Shown here one piece after another: positions 22,852 to 35,100 of a stretch of DNA of 42,251 nucleotides (positions are counted from its first letter, which is position 1; each line of letters begins with the position of its first letter). The DNA is from Macrostomum lignano (Eukaryota), in assembly GCA_002269645.1 (NCBI GenBank), contig NIVC01002535.1, positions 1-42,251 on the forward strand. Reading direction: 5' to 3'. The notes below the pieces were generated by a model. The model saw nothing but the letters and a program-made list of their open reading frames with translations. It was not told the origin of the DNA and made no database searches. A program made the position numbers and the translations under genes.

Positions 22852-25420
22852 ATGACGCACAATGAGAAACGAGCTCATTGGCTTAAGGAAGGGGGCATAG
22901 GTCTAGGCGTTGGCATCCTCTATGGTGTCACCAATGTGGTTGTTGGCCACCCATTTGACACTATGAAGACCAAAATGCAGGCCCAGCGAGGCTTTGACAC
23001 TGGCGGAATGCTGAAAGCTTTTAGCAAAACTTGGCGTGCTGAAGGAGTTATTGGATTATATCGGTAAGTCTAAATGCCGCTGTCTACATTTGATTCACCA
23101 AGAAGACACGAAGTTCAATATAAATTAATTCCCTGCCTTTTATACATCCTAGGGGTTGCATTCCGCCTCTGTGGGGCTCTGGAATTTTTCGTTCAACCCA
23201 ATTTGCCGTGTTCGAAAGTGTCTACACCGGCTTGAGCTCTAGTCTGTTTATTGAGCCCATCCCCTTCACCGGCGGAGTGCAAGGGTGAGTGCTATCAATC
23301 CCAACGATTGTAGCGTTTCAATCTTCAATATTGATTTGCCACCTTAACCCCAGCAGCGAGACTCAGCCACCACCACCCCATCTGAGGACCCACAGCACTG
23401 TATCAGATGAGGACTATAAGCCCACAGCACTGTATCAGATGAGGACTATAAGCCCACAGCACTGTATCAGATGAGGACTATAAGCCCACAGCACTGTATC
23501 AGATGAGGACTATAAGCCCACAGCACTGTATAAGATGAGGACTATAAGCCCACAGCACTGTATCAGATGAGGACTATAAGCCCACAGCACTGTATAAGAT
23601 GAGGACTATAAGCCCACAGCACTGTATCAGATGAGGACTATAAGCCCACAGCACTGTATAAGATGAGGACTATAAGCCCACAGCACTGTATAAGATGAAG
23701 ACTATAAGCCCACAGCACTGTATCAGATAAGGACTATAAGCCCACAGCACTGTATAAGATGAGGACTATAAGCCCACAGCACTGTATCAGATGAGGACTC
23801 TAAGCCCACAGCACTGTATCAGATAAGGACTATAAGCCCACAGCACTGTATCAGATGAGTACTATAAGCCCCACAGCACTGTATAAGATGAGGACTATAA
23901 GCCCACAGCACTGTATAAGATGAGGACTATAAGCCCACAGCACTGTATCAGATGAGGACTATAAGCCCACAGCACTGTATCAGATGAGGACTATAAGCCC
24001 CACAGCACTGTATAAGATGAGGACTATAAGCCCACAGCACTGTATAAGATGAGGACTATAAGCCCACAGCACTGTATAAGATGAGGACTATAAGCCCACA
24101 GCACTGTATCAGATGAGGACTATAAGCCCACAGCACTGTATAAGATGAGGACTATAAGCCCACAGCACTGTATAAGATGAGGACTATAAGCCCACAGTAC
24201 TGTATCAGATGAGGACTATAAGCCCACAGCACTGTATCAAATGAGGACTATAAGCCCCACAGCACTGTATCAGATGAGGACTATAAGCCCACAGCACTGT
24301 ATCAGATGAGGACTATAAGCCCCACAGCACTGTATCAAATGAGGACTATAAGCCCCACAGCACTGTATCAAATGAGGACTATAAGCCCCACAGCACTGTA
24401 TCAGATGAGGACTATAAGCCCCACAGCACTGTATCAGATGAGGACTATAAGCCCCACAGCACTGTATCAAATGAGGACTATAAGCCCCACAGCACTGTAT
24501 CCGATGAGGACTATAAGCCCCACAGCACTGTATCCGATGAGGACTATAAGCCCCACAGCACTGTATCAAATGAGGACTATAAGCCCCACAGCACTGTATC
24601 AAATGAGGACTATAAGCCCCACAGCACTGTATCCGATGAGGACTATAAGCCCACAGCACTGTATCAGATGAGGACTATAAGCCCCACAGCACTGTATCCG
24701 ATGAGGACTATAAGCCCACAGCACTGTATCAAATGAGGACTATAAGCCCACAGCACTGTATCAGATGAGGACTATAAGCCCACAGCACTGTATCCGATGA
24801 GGACTATAAGCCCCACAGCACTGTATCCGATGAGGACTATAAGCCCCACAGCACTCCATGGCTGATACAGTGCTCTCCCCATCAGCGTTTCAGCATCAGC
24901 GCTCTCCCCATCGCCGCAGGCGGGTCATCTTAGGCGGCATTCTGGCATCCACCGCTCGCGCCATAATCGAGTGCCCGCTTGAAGTGGCGAAAATCCGTCG
25001 CCAAACTGGCCAAACTTGGACCCTGGGCGGACTCTACAGCGGTTTCAGCGTCACCTGGGTTCGAACCCTCGGCCTAATGACTACTTACTTTGTTTTAATT
25101 GACTCCGGTCGGAGACATTTTCCGGACTTTTTTCCCGTTCAGTTGCTGGACCATTCCTGGCATCGGGAATGGCTGCGACAGCCGCCTGGTGGCTCGTGTG
25201 GCCGCTGGAGTACATGAAGAGCCAGGTGCAGGGCCAGTATGGCCAGCCCATGCCAATCCTTGCCAGGCTCAGGCTCACTATTCAGCAGCGAGGCGGCTTC
25301 TTCGGACTTTATCGCGGCCTGCTGCCGGGCACCATTCGCAGCTTCTTAGCTAACGGCACTTCAATGGTTGTTATGCAGTTTGCTCAACGGAAAGTCTCCG
25401 AATTAGGATTGCGAGGCTAG
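22852..25420 (+). CDS. SLC25 mitochondrial carrier, copy 1; exons 22852-23063, 23153-23284, 24920-25420, with a 1-nt frameshift near 25128-25133 (281 aa if corrected)
   Basis: Three carrier signature motifs HPFDTMKTK, CPLEVAKIR, WPLEYMKSQ; canonical GT-AG phase-2 introns. Subfamily not assigned. Confidence 0.88.
23385..24855. repeat. 32-33-bp minisatellite GAGGACTATAAGCCC(C)ACAGCACTGTATCAGAT in SLC25 intron 2, copy 1
   Basis: Read directly. Confidence 0.97.
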
Positions 25421-25534
25421 GCCTTGGATATGAACTTGCCTACTTGTAGTAGACATGTGCTGATGAAATACTCCTACAACTTTAATTATTCATACTACTA
25501 CCCGTTTCCTGCTACCCAGCCTTAAGTAATTCAA

Positions 25535-26757
25535 ATCTGCCTCTCTGCTCCCCTCAGTGTCCTTGAATCTGCCTCTCTGCTACCCTCAGTGTCCTTGAAT
25601 CTGCCTCTCTGCTCCCCTCAGTGTCCTTGAATCTGCCTCTCTGCTCCCCTCAGTGTCCTTGAATCTGCCTCTCTGCTCCCCTCAGTGTCCTTGAATCTGC
25701 CTCTCTGCTCCCCTCAGTGTCCTTGAATCTGCCTCTCTGCTCCCCTCAGTGTCCTTGAATCTGCCTCTCTGCTCCCCTCAGTGTCCTTGAATCTGCCTCT
25801 CTGCTCCCCTCAGTGTCCTTGAATCTGCCTCTCTGCTCCCCTCAGTGTCCTTGAATCTGCCTCTCTGCTCCCCTCAGTGTCCTTGAATCTGCCTCTCTGC
25901 TCCCCTCAGTGTCCTTGAATCTGCCTCTCTGCTCCCCTCAGTGTCCTTGAATCTGCCTCTCTTCTCCCCTCAGTGTCCTTGAATCTGCCTCTCTGCTCCC
26001 CTCAGTGTCCTTGAATCTGCCTCTCTGCTCCCCTCAGTGTCCTTGAATCTGCCTCTCTGCTCCCCTCAGTGTCCTTGAATCTGCCTCTCTGCTCCCCTCA
26101 GTGTCCTTGAATCTGCCTCTCTGCTCCCCTCAGTGTCCTTGAATCTGCCTCTCTGCTCCCCTCAGTGTCCTTGAATCTGCCTCTCTGCTCCCCTCAGTGT
26201 CCTTGAATCTGCCTCTCTGCTCCCCTCAGTGTCCTTGAATCTGCCTCTCTTCTCCCCTCAGTGTCCTTGAATCTGCCTCTCTGCTCCCCTCAGTGTCCTT
26301 GAATCTGCCTCTCCGCTCCCCTCAGTGTCCATGAATCTGCCTCTCTGCTCCCCTCAGTGTCCTTGAATCTGCCTCTCTGCTCCCCTCAGTGTCCTTGAAT
26401 CTGCCTCTCTGCTCCCCTCAGTGTCCTTGAATCTGCCTCTCTGCTCCCCTCAGTGTCCTTGAATCTGCCTCTCTGCTCCCCTCAGTGTCCTTGAATCTGC
26501 CTCTCTGCTCCCCTCAGTGTCCTTGAATCTGCCTCTCTGCTCCCCTCAGTGTCCTTGAATCTGCCTCTCTGCTCCCCTCAGTGTCCTTGAATCTGCCTCT
26601 CTTCTCCCCTCAGTGTCCTTGAATCTGCCTCTCTGCTCCCCTCAGTGTCCTTGAATCTGCCTCTCCGCTCCCCTCAGTGTCCTTGAATCTGCCTCTCCGC
26701 TCCCCTCAGTGTCCTTGAATCTGCCTCTCCGCTCCCCTCAGTGTCCTTGAATCTGCC
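25535..26757. repeat. 32-bp minisatellite ATCTGCCTCTCTGCTCCCCTCAGTGTCCTTGA (~38 units) between the convergent SLC25 and peptide genes
   Basis: Read directly. Confidence 0.97.
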
Positions 26758-27579
26758 ACCCCTCTACTTAAATTTGATATTACTTCCAATCCAATAACTA
26801 ACTGGTGCACGTTATTAATCCGTGTTAGGAAGAAATCGGGATCAATGAAATGTGCATTTCCATCTGTTTTGTATAATATAAGTTTTAATCATGACCCGAC
26901 ACTTAGTCATTTTTCATCTACCAGTTACTAATTAAGTCAATTGGCATATATTAATCTATTCCAAATGCATTGTAATTTGAATTTTTCGATCATGTTTTAT
27001 AAATCCCAGCTAGCCAGACTTCACCTACTGTTACAAAATGTTATTAGGTAGTTTTTACACGAGCTCATTATTTTTACTACGTCATTTTATGACTGGCCGC
27101 TTCCGGTGCCTAAAATGAGCCATGGATTTTTGAGTAAGTCGAGTAGGTCTGCTCATGTTGCTCTGGTGTCATAAAAAATTAAATATACACTTTTTGTTGC
27201 TTACTGCTGCTAAATGATTTGCCCGTGTAAATGAGTATTTGAAAACCTGAGTAAATTGCAATTAAACCCTTGAATGTATTAATCAATGTGCGGGTCTGCA
27301 GACTAAATGCTAATCAATTAAATAATGTTGAACACGAAACGCCAAACAGATTATAAGTACTCGTATTTGCCCGAACTAATTAAATCCAGTACAAAATTAA
27401 TCTCAGTGTAGGGAATACTTCATTAAATTATATTTCAGTCAACAATACAGTTACAGTACATGGTTAGCAACTAGAAATAATCTGATTGAGTCCCACAGTT
27501 CAAAGGCCAGCGATCATGGGCGGTGTCCGGTCCGTGTCCGAGGTCAGTGGGTGCAGCGGAGCACCTGCCTACAGTCTAC

Positions 27580-27849
27580 CTACTTGCCTAGCGGCAGGTG
27601 GCGGTAGATCCTGTAGGCCCTGCTGGCAACGCGGAGCACCCTCCTCCACCTGATGCGGATGCGGCGAAGGAGCCACTTCTTCTGCAGCTCGGCGGCCCTC
27701 TCGTCCGTCATCTCCGGCTCGTCCATGTCGGCCAGAGCCTCCAGCGCCGCCATCGCCTCCGCGTCCTCTTGGCTGTTCTCCTGGCTGTTGGGTCTGGCGG
27801 CGGCCAGGGCTGCGCACAGCAGGAGTCCGAGAACAAACTGCCACCTCAT
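27580..27849 (-). CDS. Secreted cationic peptide precursor (candidate antimicrobial peptide), copy 1, intronless, 89 aa
   Basis: Hydrophobic signal MRWQFVLGLLLCAALAAA; D/E-rich propiece; KK; Arg-rich WLLRRIRIRWRRVLRVASRAYRIYRHLPL; terminal GK; GC-rich codons; TATA box upstream. Confidence 0.85.
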   Translation of the reverse strand: MRWQFVLGLLLCAALAAARPNSQENSQEDAEAMAALEALADMDEPEMTDERAAELQKKWLLRRIRIRWRRVLRVASRAYRIYRHLPLGK

Positions 27850-27948
27850 GATGAAGAAGTTAAGAGCTGTAGCCTGATGAAGCTGAGAAGCTGGTAGAGT
27901 TATCTAGCCTTGGCTGCTTGGTTGTCCGCTAAGCATCCAAGGGCCCTG

Positions 27949-27956
27949 TATTTATA
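27949..27956 (-). promoter_or_regulatory. TATA box (TATAAATA) of peptide gene copy 1
   Basis: Consensus match 100 nt upstream of the ATG; same spacing in all three copies. Confidence 0.7.
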
Positions 27957-28749
27957 GTGTAGAAATCAGCACGTTTTTCCGGTCGATTGGAATGCCAAGG
28001 GCTCCGCTGTGTCCCCTTCACGTGCTGCCGTCTTTTCTTGGATGGTTAGCCCCTTATGTCTTAGCCATCTTTTAGCTTTATTGTCCATTTGTCCACTCAT
28101 TGCCAAGGCTCTGAGGGCATTGAACTTGAATACTACTGCATTTGAATTGAATTTGTTGGCCTGCCCGCCTGCATGCAATGTGTTATAGAAAGCACACTGA
28201 GCTTCTCAAGTAGTTTGAGAACAATAGCTAAAGGTTTGAGTCGCTAAAATTGTGTATTCCATTTTATAGAAGCCTAAAAGTTGAGTTTGAGATTGGAGAG
28301 GGCTGTCTGGACACCTCAGGTCGAGTTCAAGTTCGCTGCTTTGAGATAACGATTTGGCTGAACAAGCATGTTGTGCATCACTGCTGACAAGATGTTTGAT
28401 TGTGATCGGCAGCTGATTCACTTCACCAATGAAGTTTTTTTCTTTGAACATCTAAAACGCATTTGTCTTTTCATTTGAAGTTTCTGCTGTTCGTAGTACA
28501 CACTGCAGAAATAAGTACAATAGTTCATGTTACGAGCAACTTATCCTTATCAATTTTTTAAATGATATGATGCTTTCTAGGTCCTACATTTAATTAACTT
28601 CTACGTGTAATTTTGAGTTCTGCATGCAATAATTTTTTAAGAATCTGGAAAATAACGTTTCTGTCAATAATTTTAACTTGTCCTATACTCAACAACTATT
28701 AAAGACTCACGAAGCTTGCTTGGCTCTAGTGTTTGCTCGGGTATCATGC

Positions 28750-29490
28750 TGAGATGCCTTATGCTCAGATGCCATATGCTCAGATGCCATATGCTCAGAT
28801 CCTATTTGCTCAGATGCCATATGCTCAGATCCTATTTGCTCAGATGCCATATGCTCAGATCCTATTTGCTCAGATGCCATATGCTCAGATCCTATTTGCT
28901 CAGATGCCATATGCTCAGATGCCATATGCTCAGATGCCATATGCTCAGATGCCATATGCTCAGATCCCATATGCTCAGATGCCATATGCTCAGATCCTAT
29001 TTGCTCAGATACCATATGCTCAGATGCCATATGCTCAGATCCTATTTGCTCAGATCCCATATGCTCAGATGCCATATGCTCAGATGCCATATGCTCAGAT
29101 CCTATTTGCTCAGATGCCATATGCTCAGATCCTATTTGCTCAGATGTCATATGCTCAGATCCTATTTGCTCAGATGCCATATGCTCAGATCCTATTTGCT
29201 CAGATGCCATATGCTCAGATGCCATATGCTCAGATCCTATTTGCTCAGATGCCATATGCTCAGATCCTATTTGCTCAGATGCCATATGCTCGGATGCCAT
29301 ATGCTTAGATGCCATATGCTCAGATGCCATATGCTCAGATGCCATATGCTCAGATGCCATATGCTTAGATGCCATATGCTCAGATGCCATATGCTCAGAT
29401 GCCATATGCTCAGATGCCATATGCTCAGATGCCATATGCTCAGGTATACCATATGCTCAGATACCATATACTCTGATGCCATATGCTCAT
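28750..29490. repeat. 15-bp minisatellite GATGCCATATGCTCA / GATCCTATTTGCTCA (block B copy 1)
   Basis: Read directly. Confidence 0.97.
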
Positions 29491-29612
29491 GTAGATTTGC
29501 TCAGATGTCTCAATTATACCAGAGCAGCTGCTTTCTGCAACCAAAACGATGTGCCGTGTTATGAAGGCTGCTGTGCTAACATATCCTCTGAGGTGCTTCA
29601 GGGAATTTGTTA

Positions 29613-29965
29613 GGCGCCGTTCCGGTTCGTTCTGGTGCTTCACTGTACGCTGCGAACTGCTCTTCCTTCGACGAGAACTTCTGTTGCGGTGACGCGTGGG
29701 TCGACGCGAACCGTCAAGGCGGCTCGGCATGCTTGGTGGCCAACACGCTGAAAACCGTAGTCTTATGCACCGCGCCGACCTGGTCCGATGCTGGCGACTC
29801 CTGCTGGCAGGCCGCAAGATCCCCGGAGCCCCAGATTCGGTCAGCGCGAGGCCTACGTTCGCGTCCAAGCCCAGACAGATGCGCCCTGACGCTGATTCTG
29901 CAAGACCCCGATATCATAATTTTTTCTGTTGTTCAGAAAGATTTTCCCAGATGCAATGTGCTCAG
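29613..29965 (+). other. Candidate orphan exon (GC-rich, open Cys-containing frame) between two satellites, copy 1
   Basis: Open frame GAVPVRSGASLYAANCSSFDENFCCGDAWVD...CLV...LCTAPTWSDAGDSCWQ, bounded by TTGTTAG and CAG|GTAAAT. No family recognised; strand uncertain. Confidence 0.3.
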
Positions 29966-30136
29966 GTAAATTAGCTTAGATATGCAATGTGCTCAGGTAA
30001 ATTAGCTTAGATATGCAATGTGCTCAGGTAAATTAGCTTAGATATGCAATGTGCTCAGGTAAATTAGCTTAGATATGCAATGTGCTCAGGTAAATTAGCT
30101 TAGATATGCAATGTGCTCAGGTAAATTAGCTTAGAT
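29951..30136. repeat. 31-bp repeat ATGCAATGTGCTCAGGTAAATTAGCTTAGAT, 6 units
   Basis: Read directly. Confidence 0.95.
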
Positions 30137-30159
30137 ACGAGCGTATGTAATGTGCGCGT

Positions 30160-30287
30160 GGCGATTCGTCATATTCTCGGGGAGATTCGCCATATTCTTC
30201 GGGAGATTCGCCATAGTCTTCGGGAGATTCGCCATATTCTTCGGGAGATTCGCCATAGTCTTCGGGAGATTCGCCATATTCTTCGCC
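30160..30287. repeat. Truncated 21-bp array GGAGATTCGCCATATTCTTCG (~6 units) ending at the duplication junction
   Basis: Reverse complement of the array at 38196-39060. Confidence 0.92.
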
Positions 30288-30529
30288 ATTACTTTTATTT
30301 TACTGGAATAGTAGATATATTATGAAAGTGATTGACTTTAGCAGTGTTTATTTGATAGCTTATATAATAGTGCATTGTTATCATTATAAAGAATAATTAC
30401 TTTGACATGTTTTTTTTGCATTTAGGCCTAGTTTTTTATAGAATATAGCACAGACTTATAATTACAATTGTTCTAGGTCTAACTTCTGTCTTACTAAGAT
30501 TCTACTTTTTGTCACCAAGCATACATGTG

Positions 30530-30677
30530 TAACCTAGGGATTCACCTAGCTGTTTCTATTGGCAACATATACATATAAGTCGCTATTGGCTAAGAGTAGT
30601 CATGTGACTACTATTCCATCCAATAGCAACTTACATGTGTGTTGCCAATAGAAATGGCTGGGTGAATCCCTGGGTTG
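30530..30677. other. ~148-bp imperfect palindrome, copy 2
   Basis: Same sequence as 21237-21384. Confidence 0.85.
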
Positions 30678-32144
30678 CGCCCAAGCATGTCACTATCACC
30701 AAATTGTTCTAGTGCTAATTTCTGCTTTCTAAGAAAATATCTTAATTCACTTGATTTCTTGGAAAACTAATGGTAGCTATGAGTGCCTGAGTGGTAGGAC
30801 TACTAAATTTAAAACAAGTCTGAAATTATTGCATTTTCCAGGGATCAAAGGTTTCTAATATCAGCCATTAATCTACTAACACCTTCATAGTTTTTTGTTA
30901 ATGCTAATGCCTAATGTCTAATGTTTACTAACCTACTGTCTAATCACCTGATCCTAGTGCCTAATTTTAGCCTTCACAGCTTGATTTCCTAGTTTAAGCA
31001 TTTATGGCTTGATATTTACTAAGCTTTTCTAGCTTTCTCTGGGGCTTTTACAGCTTTTCCCTGAGCCTTTACAGCCCTTTGCCCTGAACATTTCTTAGGG
31101 TCTTTATAATCTTGCTTGACTAAAAGAATTAAAACTTCAGGGAAAACTTGAATTTAAAGCCTATTTGGATGGCTAATTGGCAACTGCAACTTTGGAGCAT
31201 AAAAGTTAGAATGGTTCTCCAGAAGCCAAAAGTTAGAGTTTATTTCTTCTATAGGTGTCACTGCTTATATAGTACCCATAAAATCAAGTGAAATATCCTT
31301 GGTTGGGCAAAGTTGATCAACTTTAACAAATTTTTTCATTGGTTTAAAACAAAATTTTAGAAAATTGCTCATTGTTGCAAGAATTATATGAAATTTTGTC
31401 AACTGTACACTACTAAAAGTAAGCAAAGACAAGAATGTTTTAAGAATTAATTTTTCCCTTTATCACAATTATCCAATAGCCTTAATAAGACATGACATAA
31501 AAACCAATCAACAGATGGCGAGGGAGCCAATTATAACAGACCAAAAGTCTTAGACCCTCTGTCCTGAGCTGCTGCATGAACTCAAGCTGTAGGGATCATG
31601 CAGGCAAGGCCAAGGGCGAATGGCGAGATTCTCTTCTGTCCCATTTTCTCTCCTCTCTCCCCTCTCCTCCCCTCTCCCCTCTTATTTTCCCTTTCTCTCT
31701 CTTTTCTCCCTCTCTCCTCTCTCCCTTCTCTCCTCTCCTGACGTGTTTTCTTTAATTCTTACCATTCAAGATCTTCTGAGGGCCATGGCCTACTTATCAA
31801 GGATTGGTTTCCAAGAAGGCCCTCCTTTGCAATCTAGCCTTCTTTGATAGTGGCAAATGCTGGATGGCTTCCCCATTGGCTTCATTCATCCTAACTTAAT
31901 CCCCCACCATCGACCATCTCAATCATAAATGTACATGTAGTGCAAAACTGTTGTTTGAGTTTGAGTTTGAGTTGTATCATAAAATCGTCAACTACTATAT
32001 ATACAATTTAATTGCTTTTCTTAAAATTTCAGCATTTATCATTGTGAAACAATAGTTAATCGATTATTTTTGCATATTGACAACCTAAATAAAATGTTTG
32101 TTACTTTGTATTAACTATACTTTTTCAGTGTTGCCATAGGTGCC

Positions 32145-35100
32145 ATGACGCACAATGAGAAACGAGCTCATTGGCTTAAGGAAGGGGGCATAGGTCTAGG
32201 CGTTGGCATCCTCTATGGTGTCACCAATGTGGTTGTTGGCCACCCATTTGACACTATGAAGACCAAAATGCAGGCCCAGCGAGGCTTTGACACTGGCGGA
32301 ATGCTGAAAGCTTTTAGCAAAACTTGGCGTGCTGAAGGAGTTATTGGATTATATCGGTAAGTCTAAATGCCGCTGTCTACATTTGATTCACCAAGAAGAC
32401 ACGAAGTTCAATATAAATTAATTCCCTGCCTTTTATACATCCTAGGGGTTGCATTCCGCCTCTGTGGGGCTCTGGAATTTTTCGTTCAACCCAATTTGCC
32501 GTGTTCGAAAGTGTCTACACCGGCTTGAGCTCTAGTCTGTTTATTGAGCCCATCCCCTTCACCGGCGGAGTGCAAGGGTGAGTGCTATCAATCCCAACGA
32601 TTGTAGCGTTTCAATCTTCAATATTGATTTGCCACCTTAACCCCAGCAGCGAGACTCAGCCACCACCACCCCATCTGAGGACACACAGCACTGTATCAGA
32701 TGAGGACTATAAGCCCACAGCACTGTATCAGATGAGGACTATAAGCCCACAGCACTGTATCAGATGAGGACTATAAGCCCACAGCACTGTATCAGATGAG
32801 GACTATAAGCCCACAGCACTGTATCAGATGAGGACTATAAGCCCACAGCACTGTATCAGATGAGGACTATAAGCCCACAGCACTGTATCAGATGAGGACT
32901 ATAAGCCCACAGCACTGTATCAGATGAGGACTATAAGCCCACAGCACTGTATCAGATGAGGACTATAAGCCCACAGCACTGTATCAGATGAGGACTATAA
33001 GCCCACAGCACTGTATCAGATGAGGACTATAAGCCCACAGCACTGTATCAGATGAGGACTATAAGCCCCACAGCACTGTATCAGATGAGGACTATAAGCC
33101 CCACAGCACTGTATCAGATGAGGACTATAAGGCTCATTCCATATAAGCATGGTCGTAACATGACAGGTTATTTTTACTTATAAAATGAAATCTAATAATA
33201 GAATATACTAAACCAATATTTTAAATGAAAGATTATTTTGTCTAGAATATATTTATAGAGTTTCATATAGATATCATCATTAGTATAGATGCTATTAAAC
33301 CTTAAATGACACTTATGGTCGTAACGACAGGATTTTTGACATATAGAAACTAAAAGGTAAAAGTCTTATAACATTTTTCATTTTTGATATTTTGCAATAC
33401 ATTTTTAAAATTTGACTAAGAACATCTTTAGAAATCATACTCTTTTATTAGAATATATAAACTCAAAAGGCAACAAAGATACAAAAGAAAAGGCAGCCTT
33501 ATGGTCGTAACATTTTTTTTTCTGTCAATTCAGTAACTTTGAGGTACTAATACATTAAAAATATAATAGATTATTTGGTCACCAATGCTTTTATCTGATG
33601 ATGCAAGTACTATACTTTTATCTATAGTTTGTTTCAACCTTCAAAAGCTTTCTATTTGTTTTTAAAAGGTACAAAATCTTAATGATGTCTTTTGCTTCAA
33701 AAAATGTCCAAATTTTTACTAAAATGACTTTTTGCCAATTGATAACATACTAATCCAACATTTTACCATTCCTTTATTCTTAGATTGTATATATTGCACA
33801 ATATAAACATTTGGTAAAAAAATAGGCTAATTAGGCAATGGCAAGCAAAAATATTGACTTTTTTCTATTTTCCAAATATGTCCATCTTATATGGAATGAG
33901 CCATAAGCCCCACAGCACTGTATCAGATGAGGACTATAAGCCCACAGCACTGTATCAGATGAGGACTATAAGCCCACAGCACTGTATCAGATGAGGACTA
34001 TAAGCCCACAGCACTGTATCAGATGAGGATTATAAGCCCACAGCACTGTATCAGATGAGGACTATAAGCCCACAGTACTGTATCAGATGAGGACTATAAG
34101 CCCACAGCACTGTATCAGATGAGGACTATAAGCCCACAGCACTGTATCAAATGAGGACTATAAGCCCACAGCACTGTATCAGATGAGGACTATAAGCCCA
34201 CAGTACTGTATCAAATGAGGACTATAAGCCCACAGCACTGTATCAGATGAGGACTATAAGCCCCACAGCACTGTATCAGATGAGGACTATAAGCCCACAG
34301 CACTGTATCAGATGAGGACTATAAGCCCACAGCACTGTATCAGATGAGGACTATAAGCCCACAGCACTGTATCAGATGAGGACTATAAGCCCACAGCACT
34401 GTATCAGATGAGGACTATAAGCCCACAGCACTGTATCAGATGAGGACTATAAGCCCACAGTACTGTATCAGATGAGGACTATAAGCCCACAGCACTGTAT
34501 CAGATGAGGACTATAAGCCCACAGCACTGTATCAGATGAGGACTATAAGCCCACAGCACTGTATCAGATGAGGACTATAAGCCCCACAGCACTGTATCAA
34601 ATGAGGACTATAAGCCAACAGCACTGTATCAGATGAGGACTATAAGCCCACAGCACTGTATCAGATGAGGACTATAAGCCCACAGTACTGTATCAGATGA
34701 GGACTATAAGCCCACAGTACTGTATCAGATGAGGACTATAAGCCCACAGTACTGTATCAGATGAGGACTATAAGCCCCACAGCACTGTATCAGATGAGGA
34801 CTATAAGCCCACAGCACTGTATCAGATGAGGACTATAAGCTCCACAGCACTGTATCAGATGAGGACTATAAGCCCACAGTACTGTATCAGATGAGGACTA
34901 TAAGCCCCACAGCACTGTATCAGATGAGGACTATAAGCCCCACAGCACTGTATCCGATGAGGACTATAAGCCCCACAGCACTGTATCAAATGAGGACTAT
35001 AAGCCCCACAGCACTGTATCCGATGAGGACTATAAGCCCCACAGCACTGTATCAGATGAGGACTATAAGCCCCACAGCACTGTATCCGATGAGGACTATA

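Larger units (their letters stand above)
20997..28158 (+). repeat. Segmental duplication unit A, copy 1 (hairpin, SLC25 gene, peptide gene)
   Basis: Near-identical to 30290-37816; offset is 9293 over the left part. Confidence 0.95.

Noticed and set aside
25125-25136. Programmed -1 ribosomal frameshift in SLC25
   Set aside because: C_TTT_TTT_CCC does not fit X_XXY_YYZ; homopolymer error or mutation is more parsimonious
27569-27897. Other overlapping ORFs on the peptide gene (91, 99, 74 aa)
   Set aside because: Shadows of a GC-rich CDS; only the 89-aa frame has a signal peptide and a correctly spaced TATA box
28707-29564. MASEH/LRCHM/MPYAQ repeat ORFs (also 39798-41229) and KNMANLP ORFs (38126-39094)
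   Set aside because: 15- and 21-bp units are multiples of 3 and stop-free in several frames on both strands; array lengths differ between copies; no evidence of coding
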